Origin: an uncultured Hyphomicrobiales bacterium
GTDB taxonomy: Bacteria > Pseudomonadota > Alphaproteobacteria > Rhizobiales > Xanthobacteraceae
Length of the DNA: 64,000 nt
NCBI GenBank assembly: GCA_964456755.1
Contig: CAYWCE010000004.1
Location: 7,418-71,417 of the forward strand
Direction of reading: 5' to 3'
Under the pieces are notes generated by a model, which was not told where the DNA came from, did no database searches, and saw nothing but the letters and a program-made list of their open reading frames with translations. The position numbers and the translations under genes were made by a program. Every line of letters begins with the position of its first letter. The first letter of the stretch is position 1. This document shows positions 12,357-20,415 of the stretch, piece after piece.

Positions 12357-12475
12357 CGCAAGGAATATAATCCTGTATTGTGGCGGCAGTTTGGCGGCGG
12401 CCCTTGTTGCAGCATCCGGGCGCCAGTAGCGTTCGAATCACACCTCGTGCTCCGCCCAGCAGTCGGGGACTGTCG

Positions 12476-13120
12476 TTGACCGGCAATACACTTGCAAATG
12501 CCGTCTCCCGCTTTGGGGCCGCTCTGAAGCCGAAGCTGGCAAACCCCGCGATCGTCGGCGCGCCCGAAGACCAGTTGCGGGGGCCGCTGGAAGCGCTGGT
12601 GCGCGAATTGGCCTTGCTGGCGGGACTGCCGGCCGGCGCGGTGTCGCTGGTCGGAGAAACGACGCAGACCGACCTGAAGACCCGGCCCGATTACGCCGTC
12701 ACGGTCGGCAAGGCGCTGGTCGGCTTCGTCGAGGTCAAGGCGCCGGGCAAGGGCGCCGACCCGCGCAAGTTCACCGACGAGCACGACAAGGAGCAGTGGA
12801 AGAAGCTCCAGTCGCTGCCCAACCTGCTCTACACCGACGGCAACGGATTCAGCCTGTGGCGCGACGGCAAGATCGAAGGCGCGGTGGTCCATCTCGAAGG
12901 CAATGTCGAAAGCGCAGGCGCGAAGCTTGCTGCGCCCGCGACGCTGCTGCCGCTCCTCACCGATTTTCTGCGCTGGGCGCCGATCCCGCCGAAGAGCGCA
13001 GGGCTTCGCCGCGGCCGACGTGACGGTGGCCAATCCGGCGGTCGGCACCTGCACGTTCCTGCTCGGCGTGCTGCGCCGCATCGCGCAAACCGTGGAGCAT
13101 GACCAGGGCGCGGGCGCCAA
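12476..13120 (+). pseudogene. 5' remnant of a type ISP/IIG restriction-modification gene (PD-(D/E)xK nuclease domain plus out-of-frame, mutated MTase motif I)
   Basis: TTG start at 12476 after GGGGAC; RPDY...GFVEVKAP nuclease motif and LPNLLYTDG. After WAPIPPKSA (~13000) another frame reads VANPAVGTCTFLLGVL, a degenerate DPAxGTGTFL. Similarity ends ~13120; the nuclease frame stops at 13102. Confidence 0.75.
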
Positions 13121-13142
13121 ATGGTCCGCGATCAGCACGAGC

Positions 13143-13171
13143 TTGCTTGTCTCCTTGGTGTTTGGTATTGA
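13143..13171 (+). promoter_or_regulatory. Putative sigma70 promoter of the retron
   Basis: TTGCTT (13143-13148), 17 nt, then TATTGA (13166-13171) preceded by TGn. Predicted +1 (~13178) coincides with the start of the msr arm. Confidence 0.5.
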
Positions 13172-13178
13172 AACTCAT

Positions 13179-13317
13179 AGGCTTACAGGCAGATTTGTTG
13201 CCGCGCTTCGCGGTATATGAACGAATGTCAGGGAGCGATGCTTCCCGACGATCCTTAATGCGCTATGTATCAACACGATATGATGCGCATGACACGCGTA
13301 GGAGTGCCTGTAAGCCT
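13179..13317 (+). ncRNA. Retron msr-msd non-coding RNA (Ec67/Eco2-like)
   Basis: Perfect 13-bp inverted repeat AGGCTTACAGGCA (13179-13191) / TGCCTGTAAGCCT (13305-13317); unpaired G13192 opposite G13304 (branching-G geometry); hairpins at 13199-13215, 13227-13249 and 13252-13303; ends 23 nt before the RT start. Confidence 0.9.
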
Positions 13318-13340
13318 TTATTCTTCAACAGGAACTTCTT

Positions 13341-15056
13341 TTGTCGATACTTAAGAATTTGAAGAGCGCATCATCACTCAAAGATGTTGCTACAATTCTG
13401 GGATACAAGCCGAGTGCGCTCGCTTACATCATCTACAAGCTTCCGTCTGACAAGAAGTACACCAAGTTCAAGATTCCTAAGAACGGCGGCGGTGAACGAG
13501 AGATTTGCGCGCCGATAAAGTCGTTGAAAATTTTGCAGCGACGCCTAGCCAACGTGCTGTATGCGTGCAGGCATGAAATCGAACGCGAACACGGGCGACG
13601 GCCGCTGTCGCACGGTTTCCGCAAAGACTTGTCCATCATCACCAATGCACGCCGGCACAAGCGCCGCCGCTACGTGCTGAATCTTGATCTTCAGGACTTC
13701 TTCCCGACGTTCAATTTCGGCCGGGTGAGGGGCTTTTTCATCCAGAACAACAGCTTCAAGTTGAACGACAAGGTAGCGACCATCATTGCGCAGATTGCCT
13801 GTTTCGAAAACGCGCTTCCGCAAGGCAGTCCCTGTTCGCCGGTCATCGCCGACCTCATCGCGCATCTGCTTGATGTCCGGCTGGCCCAGATCTCCAAGAA
13901 AAATCAGCTCACCTATTCGCGCTATGCCGACGATCTTACGTTTTCAACCAGCCGGCGGGATTTCCCAGCGCTGGTGGGCGCGCCATCTGCGCCCGGAAGC
14001 CCCAAATGGGCACCGGGACACAACCTGAGCAAAACGATTCAGAGCGCGGGTTTCAAGATCAACTCGGTCAAGACCAGAATGCAATTCAGGATGAGCCGAC
14101 AACTCGTTACAGGTCTTACCGTGAACGCCAAAGTCAATATCCGTCCAGAGTATTACCGGCGCGCGCGCGCCATGTGCCACACTCTCTTTAGGACCGGCGC
14201 TTATCATAGGCACATGCCAGCCGGAGAGGCCGGAAAAGAGGCCAAGCCGGCATTGATTACTTCACTGGGACCGCTTGAAGGGACCCTAAGCCACATCCAT
14301 CATATTAAGGACTCGATCGACGACCGCAACCAGCTCGAAAAGAGAAAGGATCCGACTGCATTTCGTAGGCTGTATGCGCGCTTTCTCAAATTCCGGTATT
14401 TCGTTTGCCTTGAGCGCCCGCTAATAGTATGCGAAGGCAAGACGGACAACGTTTATTTCAAATATGCACTCCGCAAGCTTCCAGCCTTTCACCCCAAGCT
14501 TGGTTCGTGGAAAGGGCAGACCTTCAGCAGTGCTGTATCCTTTTTCAATTACGATAACCAAGCTCACCGCATTCTGGAACTGGGCGGCGGCACGTCAGAC
14601 CTGCGGTATTTCTTCATCAAGAACCGCTATCCGCAGGACATCCATCAGTTCGAGCACCGCCCACTGAAACACCCTATCATCGTGCTCATCGACAACGACA
14701 ACGGTGCGAAAGAAATCTTCAAGGTCATAAAAACGAATTATTGTATTGTAATTGACCATCAATCGACCGACCCTTTCTTTCACATCGCCGACAACCTGTA
14801 TCTTGTTAAGACGCCGGAACAGGGCGCAGACGGCATCTCTAGGATTGAAAGCTTCTTTGACCCAAAGCTCCTCCAAACCAAGCTTGACGGAAAGACATTT
14901 AATCCCGACAAGGATCATGGCGCTGACGACGAATACGGTAAGTATGTCTTTGCGGAAAAAGTCGTCCGCGCGAACGCCGATAAGGTCGATTTTTCAGGAT
15001 TCACGCCGCTGTTCAAGCGCATTGCGGCAGTCATAGACCACTATAAGTCGACGTGA
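13341..15056 (+). CDS. Retron Ec67-family reverse transcriptase fused to a C-terminal TOPRIM nuclease (type I-C retron)
   Basis: RT motifs KNGGGEREICAP, TNARRH (retron NAxxH), LDLQDFFPT, LPQGSPCSP, YSRYADDLTFS, LVTGLTVN (retron VTG); TOPRIM motifs IVCEGKTD and LIDND; 571 aa; visibly AT-richer than flanks. Confidence 0.95.
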   Translation: MSILKNLKSASSLKDVATILGYKPSALAYIIYKLPSDKKYTKFKIPKNGGGEREICAPIKSLKILQRRLANVLYACRHEIEREHGRRPLSHGFRKDLSIITNARRHKRRRYVLNLDLQDFFPTFNFGRVRGFFIQNNSFKLNDKVATIIAQIACFENALPQGSPCSPVIADLIAHLLDVRLAQISKKNQLTYSRYADDLTFSTSRRDFPALVGAPSAPGSPKWAPGHNLSKTIQSAGFKINSVKTRMQFRMSRQLVTGLTVNAKVNIRPEYYRRARAMCHTLFRTGAYHRHMPAGEAGKEAKPALITSLGPLEGTLSHIHHIKDSIDDRNQLEKRKDPTAFRRLYARFLKFRYFVCLERPLIVCEGKTDNVYFKYALRKLPAFHPKLGSWKGQTFSSAVSFFNYDNQAHRILELGGGTSDLRYFFIKNRYPQDIHQFEHRPLKHPIIVLIDNDNGAKEIFKVIKTNYCIVIDHQSTDPFFHIADNLYLVKTPEQGADGISRIESFFDPKLLQTKLDGKTFNPDKDHGADDEYGKYVFAEKVVRANADKVDFSGFTPLFKRIAAVIDHYKST

Positions 15057-15589
15057 GCGTGACCGCGTTGGCCTCGGTATTTTTTCGCCCCATAGGTCGG
15101 CCGCGCCTGCCGAAGGGAAGCGCGCCGTTCATTCCGGCCAAGGGCGAAATCCCCGGAGCGCCCGAGCCGCTGCCCGACACGATGGACTACGATCCGGCGG
15201 CACGGCGGCTGAACATCGGCAAGGGCTTTGTCGAGAACGTCACGCCGGAAATGTGGGCCTACGAAGTCTCCGGCAAGAACGTGCTGCGGCAGTGGTTCAG
15301 CTATCGCAAGCGCGACCGCAGCCGCCCGATCATCGGCGACCGCCGCCCGCCGTCGCCACTCGACAAGATTCAGCCGGACCATTGGCTGCCGGAATACACC
15401 TCAGACCTGCTCGATCTTTTGCACGTGCTCGGGCGCCTGATCGCGCTGGAGGGCAGGCAGGCCGATCTGCTGGAGAGCATCTGTGCAGGTCCGCTGCTGG
15501 CCGCCGAGGAACTGCGCAACGCTGGCGCGCTGACGCACAGCGAGGAAAAGGCGGCCAAAGCGAAACGCAAGAGCAAAAGCAAGGCGTAA
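15053..15589 (+). pseudogene. 3' remnant (C-terminal domain) of the type ISP/IIG R-M gene, open from a GTG overlapping the RT stop
   Basis: From ~15100 high-GC coding resumes: PRLPKG...MDYDPAARRLNIGKGFVENVTPEMWAYEVSGKNVLRQWFSYRK...WLPEYTSDLLDLLHVL, resembling the type ISP C-terminal WxY/FxVxGxxVLxxWxxYR signature. Confidence 0.72.
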
Positions 15590-15680
15590 GGGCCGGTGGA
15601 TAGCTATGGGGACTTCGGCCCGCCGCGCTCGCGGCCGCCGCAATCCGCGTTAAAGATTCGCACGATTCGCAATTGGAAAC

Positions 15681-15980
15681 GTGCGACCGATGTCCTCCCC
15701 CCGCCAGGGCGACCTGTTCCGCAGCGACGACAAGCCGGAACTTTACGACGACGAGTCGCAGACGCCGGTCTATGAAGCCGACCCCGACGAGGTGCGCGCC
15801 GAACTGCACCGCATTCTGGCCGAAGCCCGCGCCGCGTCCACGATGCCTTGGGACGAACGCCGCGTCTCGCTCTACCGCACGATCTTCCCGCAGATGACCG
15901 CCGCGCTGCCGGAGGAGGAGGGCGCCCAACTGCGGTTTGCGTTCATGACCGAGATGGAGCGGCTGGACAAGGCGGCATAG
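15681..15980 (+). CDS. Small acidic helical hypothetical protein
   Basis: 99 aa (alternative ATG at 15690) with host-like codon usage: DPDEVRAELHRILAEARAASTMPW...YRTIFPQMT..LPEEEGAQLRFAF. Confidence 0.7.
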   Translation: MRPMSSPRQGDLFRSDDKPELYDDESQTPVYEADPDEVRAELHRILAEARAASTMPWDERRVSLYRTIFPQMTAALPEEEGAQLRFAFMTEMERLDKAA

Positions 15981-16026
15981 GCCGCGCGGGTCAGTTTCCC
16001 AACGCGCCTTGCACGCCAACCTGCCC

Positions 16027-16758
16027 TCACCCGATCCTTCCCAGCACCGGAAACGTCTCCAGCAGCCAGAAGCTGAAATCGTTGATCGTGCCGGTGAGGA
16101 AGGCGATGCCGGTGAGCACGAGCAGCGCGCCCATCACCTTTTCCACCTTGCCGATATGCTTCCGGAAGCGGGAGAGGAATTTCGCGAACGGCTCGATGGC
16201 GATTGCCGCGATCACGAAGGGGATGCCGAGGCCGAGCGAATAGACCGCGAGCAGGCCGGCGCCTTTTGCGACCGTCGCCTCGGAGGCGGCAACCGCGAGA
16301 ATGGCGGCGAGGATCGGGCCGATGCACGGCGTCCAGCCGAAGGCGAAGGCGAGGCCCATCGCATACGCGCCCCACAGCCCGGCGGGCTTCGGCACCTCGA
16401 CGCGCTTCTGGCGCATCAGCCAGCCGATCTGCAAGGCGCCGAGAAAATGCAGACCCATGACGATGATGACGATGCCGGCGACGATGGACAATTCGTACGA
16501 ATGGGTGCGCAGCAGCGCCCCGACCGCGCTGGCGCTGGCGCCGAGCGCGATGAAAACGGTGGAAAAGCCGGCGACGAACAGGCAGGCGGCGATCGCGGTT
16601 TCCACCTTCACGCGCGGTTCCGGCTCGCGGTCGGCGAGCCGCTCCAGCGAGGTGCCGGCCATGTAGACGAGATAGGGCGGCACCAGCGGCAGCACGCACG
16701 GGCTCAGGAAACTGATCAGGCCGGCGAACAGCGCGGCGTAAAGCGGAACCTCGGTCAT
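16027..16758 (-). CDS. ccdA: Cytochrome c biogenesis protein CcdA
   Basis: AGLISFLSPCVLPLVPPY and FAFGWTPCIGPIL motifs. Confidence 0.92.
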   Translation of the reverse strand: MTEVPLYAALFAGLISFLSPCVLPLVPPYLVYMAGTSLERLADREPEPRVKVETAIAACLFVAGFSTVFIALGASASAVGALLRTHSYELSIVAGIVIIVMGLHFLGALQIGWLMRQKRVEVPKPAGLWGAYAMGLAFAFGWTPCIGPILAAILAVAASEATVAKGAGLLAVYSLGLGIPFVIAAIAIEPFAKFLSRFRKHIGKVEKVMGALLVLTGIAFLTGTINDFSFWLLETFPVLGRIG

Positions 16759-16951
16759 CGGCGGTTACATGCATGGTGGGGACCGCCGGCGCAAGCGCGG
16801 GCGGTCGTTTGCGCGCGGATGTGATGGCGGCGTGATGGCCGGCGGCGCCGCCGCGGCGCCGGGGGGTTGCGCCGCCGCGCCGGCGCTGAAAAGCTCCGCC
16901 TTCGACCCGGCCCGTCCGGGCGGAGCCAATGCGCGCCAACCGGTAGCATCC

Positions 16952-17938
16952 ATGCGCAATCTGATCACCGATGTCGCGGGCGTGCGCGTCGGCCATGCCG
17001 GCGACGCAGCGCTCGGTTCCGGCACGACCGCCATCGTGTTCGACGAGCCCGCCGTCGCCTCCTGCGACCTGCGCGGCGGCGGCCCGGGCACGCGCGAGAC
17101 CGACCTGCTCGATCCGGCGATGACGGTGGAGCGCGTCGACGCCATTGCACTGTCCGGCGGCTCCGCTTTCGGGCTGGATGCGGCTTCGGGTGTGCAGGCC
17201 TGGCTTGCCGAACGCGGGCGCGGCTTTGCGGTGGCGCAGGCGCGCGTGCCGATCGTGCCGGCGGCGATCCTGTTCGATCTGCTCAACGGCGGCGACAAGG
17301 ATTGGGGGCGCTATGCGCCCTATCGCGAATTCGGCTATGCGGCGGCGGCGGCAGCGGGCGAACGCTTCGCGCTCGGCAGCGCCGGGGCGGGACTGGGCGC
17401 GACCACGGTCAATCTCAAGGGCGGGCTCGGCTCCGCCTCGGCCCGCAGCGCGGACGGCATCGCCGTCGGCGCCATCGTCGCGGTGAATGCGGCCGGCAGC
17501 GTTACACTCGGCGACGGCGCGCATTTCTGGGCGGCGCCGTTCGAGCAGGACGGCGAGTTCGGCGCGCGCGGCTGGCCGCAGTCCGTTCCGCACACAGCGC
17601 TCGTGCCGCACATCAAGGGCGGCGCACGGCAGTCGACCACCGTCGCAGTGGTGGCGACCGATGCCGCGCTCACCAAGACGCAGGCAAAGCGCCTGGCGAC
17701 GATGGCGCAAACCGGCCTGGCGCGCGCGATCTGGCCGGTGCATACCCCGCTCGACGGCGACATCGTGTTCGCGGCATCGACCGGCAGGAGGCCGCTCGCC
17801 GATCCCGTGTCGGCGCTTGCCGCGCTCGGCGCGCTGGCGGCGAACGTGCTGGCACGCGCGGTGGCGCGCGGCGTCTACGAGGCGGCGGCACTGCCCTTCC
17901 CCGGCGCGCTGCCGGCCTGGAAGGACCGGTTCGGCTGA
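16952..17938 (+). CDS. P1/S58 (DmpA-like) aminopeptidase
   Basis: NLITDVAGVRVGHA, RGGGPGTRETDLL, LSGGSAFGL, HTPLDGD. Confidence 0.88.
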   Translation: MRNLITDVAGVRVGHAGDAALGSGTTAIVFDEPAVASCDLRGGGPGTRETDLLDPAMTVERVDAIALSGGSAFGLDAASGVQAWLAERGRGFAVAQARVPIVPAAILFDLLNGGDKDWGRYAPYREFGYAAAAAAGERFALGSAGAGLGATTVNLKGGLGSASARSADGIAVGAIVAVNAAGSVTLGDGAHFWAAPFEQDGEFGARGWPQSVPHTALVPHIKGGARQSTTVAVVATDAALTKTQAKRLATMAQTGLARAIWPVHTPLDGDIVFAASTGRRPLADPVSALAALGALAANVLARAVARGVYEAAALPFPGALPAWKDRFG

Positions 17939-17947
17939 GGCCGGGCG

Positions 17948-19192
17948 CTACAGAAACCGCTCCGCGGCATAGGGCCTCGGATCGCAGAACGGCGTTTCGC
18001 CGGTCATCATTTCGGCGAGCAGACGGCCGCTGACCGGCCCGAGCGTGAGCCCCCAATGTGCGTGTCCGTAATCGAGCCAAAGGCCGTCGAGCCCCGGCGC
18101 GCGGCCGATCACCGGGCGCGAATCCGGAAAGCAGGGCCGCGAGCCCATCCACGGCCGCTCCTCGATCTGCGCGCCGATGGGAAAAAGCTCGCGCGCAGCG
18201 GGCATCAGGCGCGCAAACTGCACCGGCGTCGGCGGGGCGTCGCGATGGGCGAATTCCGCGCCCGTGGTCAGCCGCAATCCCTGCTGCATCGGCGCGATCA
18301 CGTAGCCCTTGTCGGCGTCGAGTGTGGGACGGTTGAGTCCGCGATTGCCTTGCGGACGGAAATGCAGGTGATAGCCGCGCTTGACCTCCAGCGGCAGATG
18401 CAGGCCGAGCCGGCCGAGCACGTCCGGCGCCCAGGGCCCGAGCGCGACCACCGCCTGCGGCGCATCGACCGGCCCCTCCAGCGTGTCGACGCGCCAGCGG
18501 CCGTCGGCGCGGTGCAGCGTGCGCGCGTCGCCCTTGAGCAACACGCCGCCAAGCTCGGCGAACCGGCCGGCATAGGCGCGGGTGACGCCGGCCGGATCGG
18601 TCACGCTCGCGGCGGTCGGCCAGAAAATGCCGTGCGCGAAAACCGGCGCAAGATCCGGTTCGAGCCGCAGCGCGCCGTCGCGATCGAGCCGCTCGAATTC
18701 GATTCCCGCCTGCGCGACGGCGTCGAGATCCGCCTGCACGCTCCCGTAGTTCCGTTCGCTGCGATAGACCTTGAGCCAGCCGTTGCGGCGCAAGTATTTC
18801 TCCGCGCCGGATTCGCGCATCAGCGCTTCGTGCCCGGCGACCGCGTCGGCGAAAAGCGGACGCATGCCATGTGCGAATTCGTACATGCGCTCGGGCCGGC
18901 CGGCGCGCCAATAGGCGAACAGCCAGGGGATCAGCCGCGGCAGGAAGGAGAGATGGTAATTGGCTTCGGTCGCGCGCTTGAGGCCGATGCGCAGGAGCGC
19001 GGCGGGATCGGTGGGAAAGGGATAGGGAAAGAAGGTATTGCCTTCGAGAATCCCGGCATTGCCGAAAGAGGTGCCCTCTCCCGGCGCCTCGCGCTCGATC
19101 AGCGCGACGGACAATCCGCGCTTGGCCAGATGCAGGGCGGCGGACGTGCCGACGATGCCGGCCCCGAGAACGATGACGTCGGTACGTGCCAT
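17948..19192 (-). CDS. FAD-dependent D-amino acid dehydrogenase-like oxidoreductase
   Basis: GAGIVG Rossmann fold, TSFGNAG, KRGYH, WMGSRP, GHAHWGLTLGP. Confidence 0.88.
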   Translation of the reverse strand: MARTDVIVLGAGIVGTSAALHLAKRGLSVALIEREAPGEGTSFGNAGILEGNTFFPYPFPTDPAALLRIGLKRATEANYHLSFLPRLIPWLFAYWRAGRPERMYEFAHGMRPLFADAVAGHEALMRESGAEKYLRRNGWLKVYRSERNYGSVQADLDAVAQAGIEFERLDRDGALRLEPDLAPVFAHGIFWPTAASVTDPAGVTRAYAGRFAELGGVLLKGDARTLHRADGRWRVDTLEGPVDAPQAVVALGPWAPDVLGRLGLHLPLEVKRGYHLHFRPQGNRGLNRPTLDADKGYVIAPMQQGLRLTTGAEFAHRDAPPTPVQFARLMPAARELFPIGAQIEERPWMGSRPCFPDSRPVIGRAPGLDGLWLDYGHAHWGLTLGPVSGRLLAEMMTGETPFCDPRPYAAERFL

Positions 19193-19395
19193 GGAGACCC
19201 TTTGGAAATCCTTCGAGAGCCTTGCGGAAAACGGGCGCGGGACGCCCCTTTATCATCTCCTGCGTGCAGGAAAAGCGGTTTGGCGCATATCTGACATATA
19301 GGCAGCGGGCTTTATCGCTCAACGCGGCTCGATTAACACTGCCCTCCCGCACGGGCGGGCCGCGCCCCGCGGCGCGGATGCCGGGAACGAAAACG

Positions 19396-20355
19396 ATGCC
19401 GTTGACGAATGCGCCGGCCGCGGCTCTGGCCTGGCTCGGCCGGCAGGGGACGCGTGCGCTTGCGGCGATGGTGTTCATCGGCATCGCCCTGCCGCCGCTG
19501 GGTGCGCTGCTGCGGCCCTATGTGGCGGAATCGGTCTTTGCACTGCTGGTGCTCGCCTTCCTGCTGGTGGAGCCGCGCATGCTGCGCGCGCATTTTGCCC
19601 GGCCCGGCCTGGTGCTTGCGGTCGCCGGCTGGACCATGCTGGCGCTGCCGGCCATCCTCGGACTTGCCTATTGGACGATCGGCCTCGCCGAGGCCTCGCC
19701 GGCGCTGTTTCTCGCACTGATGCTGCAGGCGAGCGCCTCGCCGCTGATGTCCTCGCCGGCCATCGCCGCCCTGCTCGGACTCGACGCCGCGCTGGTGCTG
19801 GCGGGCCTCGTGGCCTCCACGGCGCTGGTCTCGCTCACCGCACCGGTTTTCATGCGCCTGTTCGCCGACGGCACCGTCAGCATCGCCCCGCTTGCGCTCG
19901 GCCTGCGGCTGTTTGCCATGCTCGCCGGCGCCGCCATCCTCGCCGCGCTGATCCGCCGCCTTGCCGGCAGCCAGCGCATCGCCGCGCACAAAGACGTTAT
20001 CGACGGCCTCAATGTCATCGTGCTGTTTGTATTCATCGCCGCGCTGATGGGAGATGTCGGCGCGCAGTTTCTCGCCGACCCGCTGCCGGTGATCGGCCTG
20101 ATCCTGCTCGCCTTCGCGCTCACCGGCCTGCTGTTCGCGCTCACCTATCCGGTCTTCGCGGCGGCCGGCCGCGGCCGCGCCTTTGCCATCGCCCTGATGG
20201 CGTCCCAGCGCAATATGGGACTGATGCTCGCCGCCGTCGCCGGCACGGTTCCGGACCTGACCTGGCTCTATTTCGCGCTGGCGCAGTTTCCGATCTACCT
20301 GTTGCCGCAAATGCTCAAGCCGCTGACCGGCCGGTTTCCGGGCAACGGCCGATAG
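19396..20355 (+). CDS. Na+-dependent transporter (bile acid:sodium symporter-like)
   Basis: About 9-10 TM segments; ASPLMSSPA and QRNMGL motifs; start assumed at 19396. Confidence 0.75.
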   Translation: MPLTNAPAAALAWLGRQGTRALAAMVFIGIALPPLGALLRPYVAESVFALLVLAFLLVEPRMLRAHFARPGLVLAVAGWTMLALPAILGLAYWTIGLAEASPALFLALMLQASASPLMSSPAIAALLGLDAALVLAGLVASTALVSLTAPVFMRLFADGTVSIAPLALGLRLFAMLAGAAILAALIRRLAGSQRIAAHKDVIDGLNVIVLFVFIAALMGDVGAQFLADPLPVIGLILLAFALTGLLFALTYPVFAAAGRGRAFAIALMASQRNMGLMLAAVAGTVPDLTWLYFALAQFPIYLLPQMLKPLTGRFPGNGR

Positions 20356-20415
20356 GCGCGTTTGCCCGTCGCGTCCGGCAATGTTATTCCGGCGCCGTCC
20401 ATGCAAGGGAATCGC

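Noticed and set aside
13099-13362. 87-aa ORF upstream of the RT as a retron effector
   Set aside because: It runs through the promoter and msr-msd RNA and has no recognisable features. The effector is already fused to the RT.
13341-15056. RT as a group II intron, DGR, CRISPR-associated or DRT/UG enzyme
   Set aside because: Retron-specific NAxxH and VTG motifs, the TOPRIM fusion and the upstream inverted-repeat RNA fit a retron. No intron domain V, TR/VR pair or cas genes were seen.
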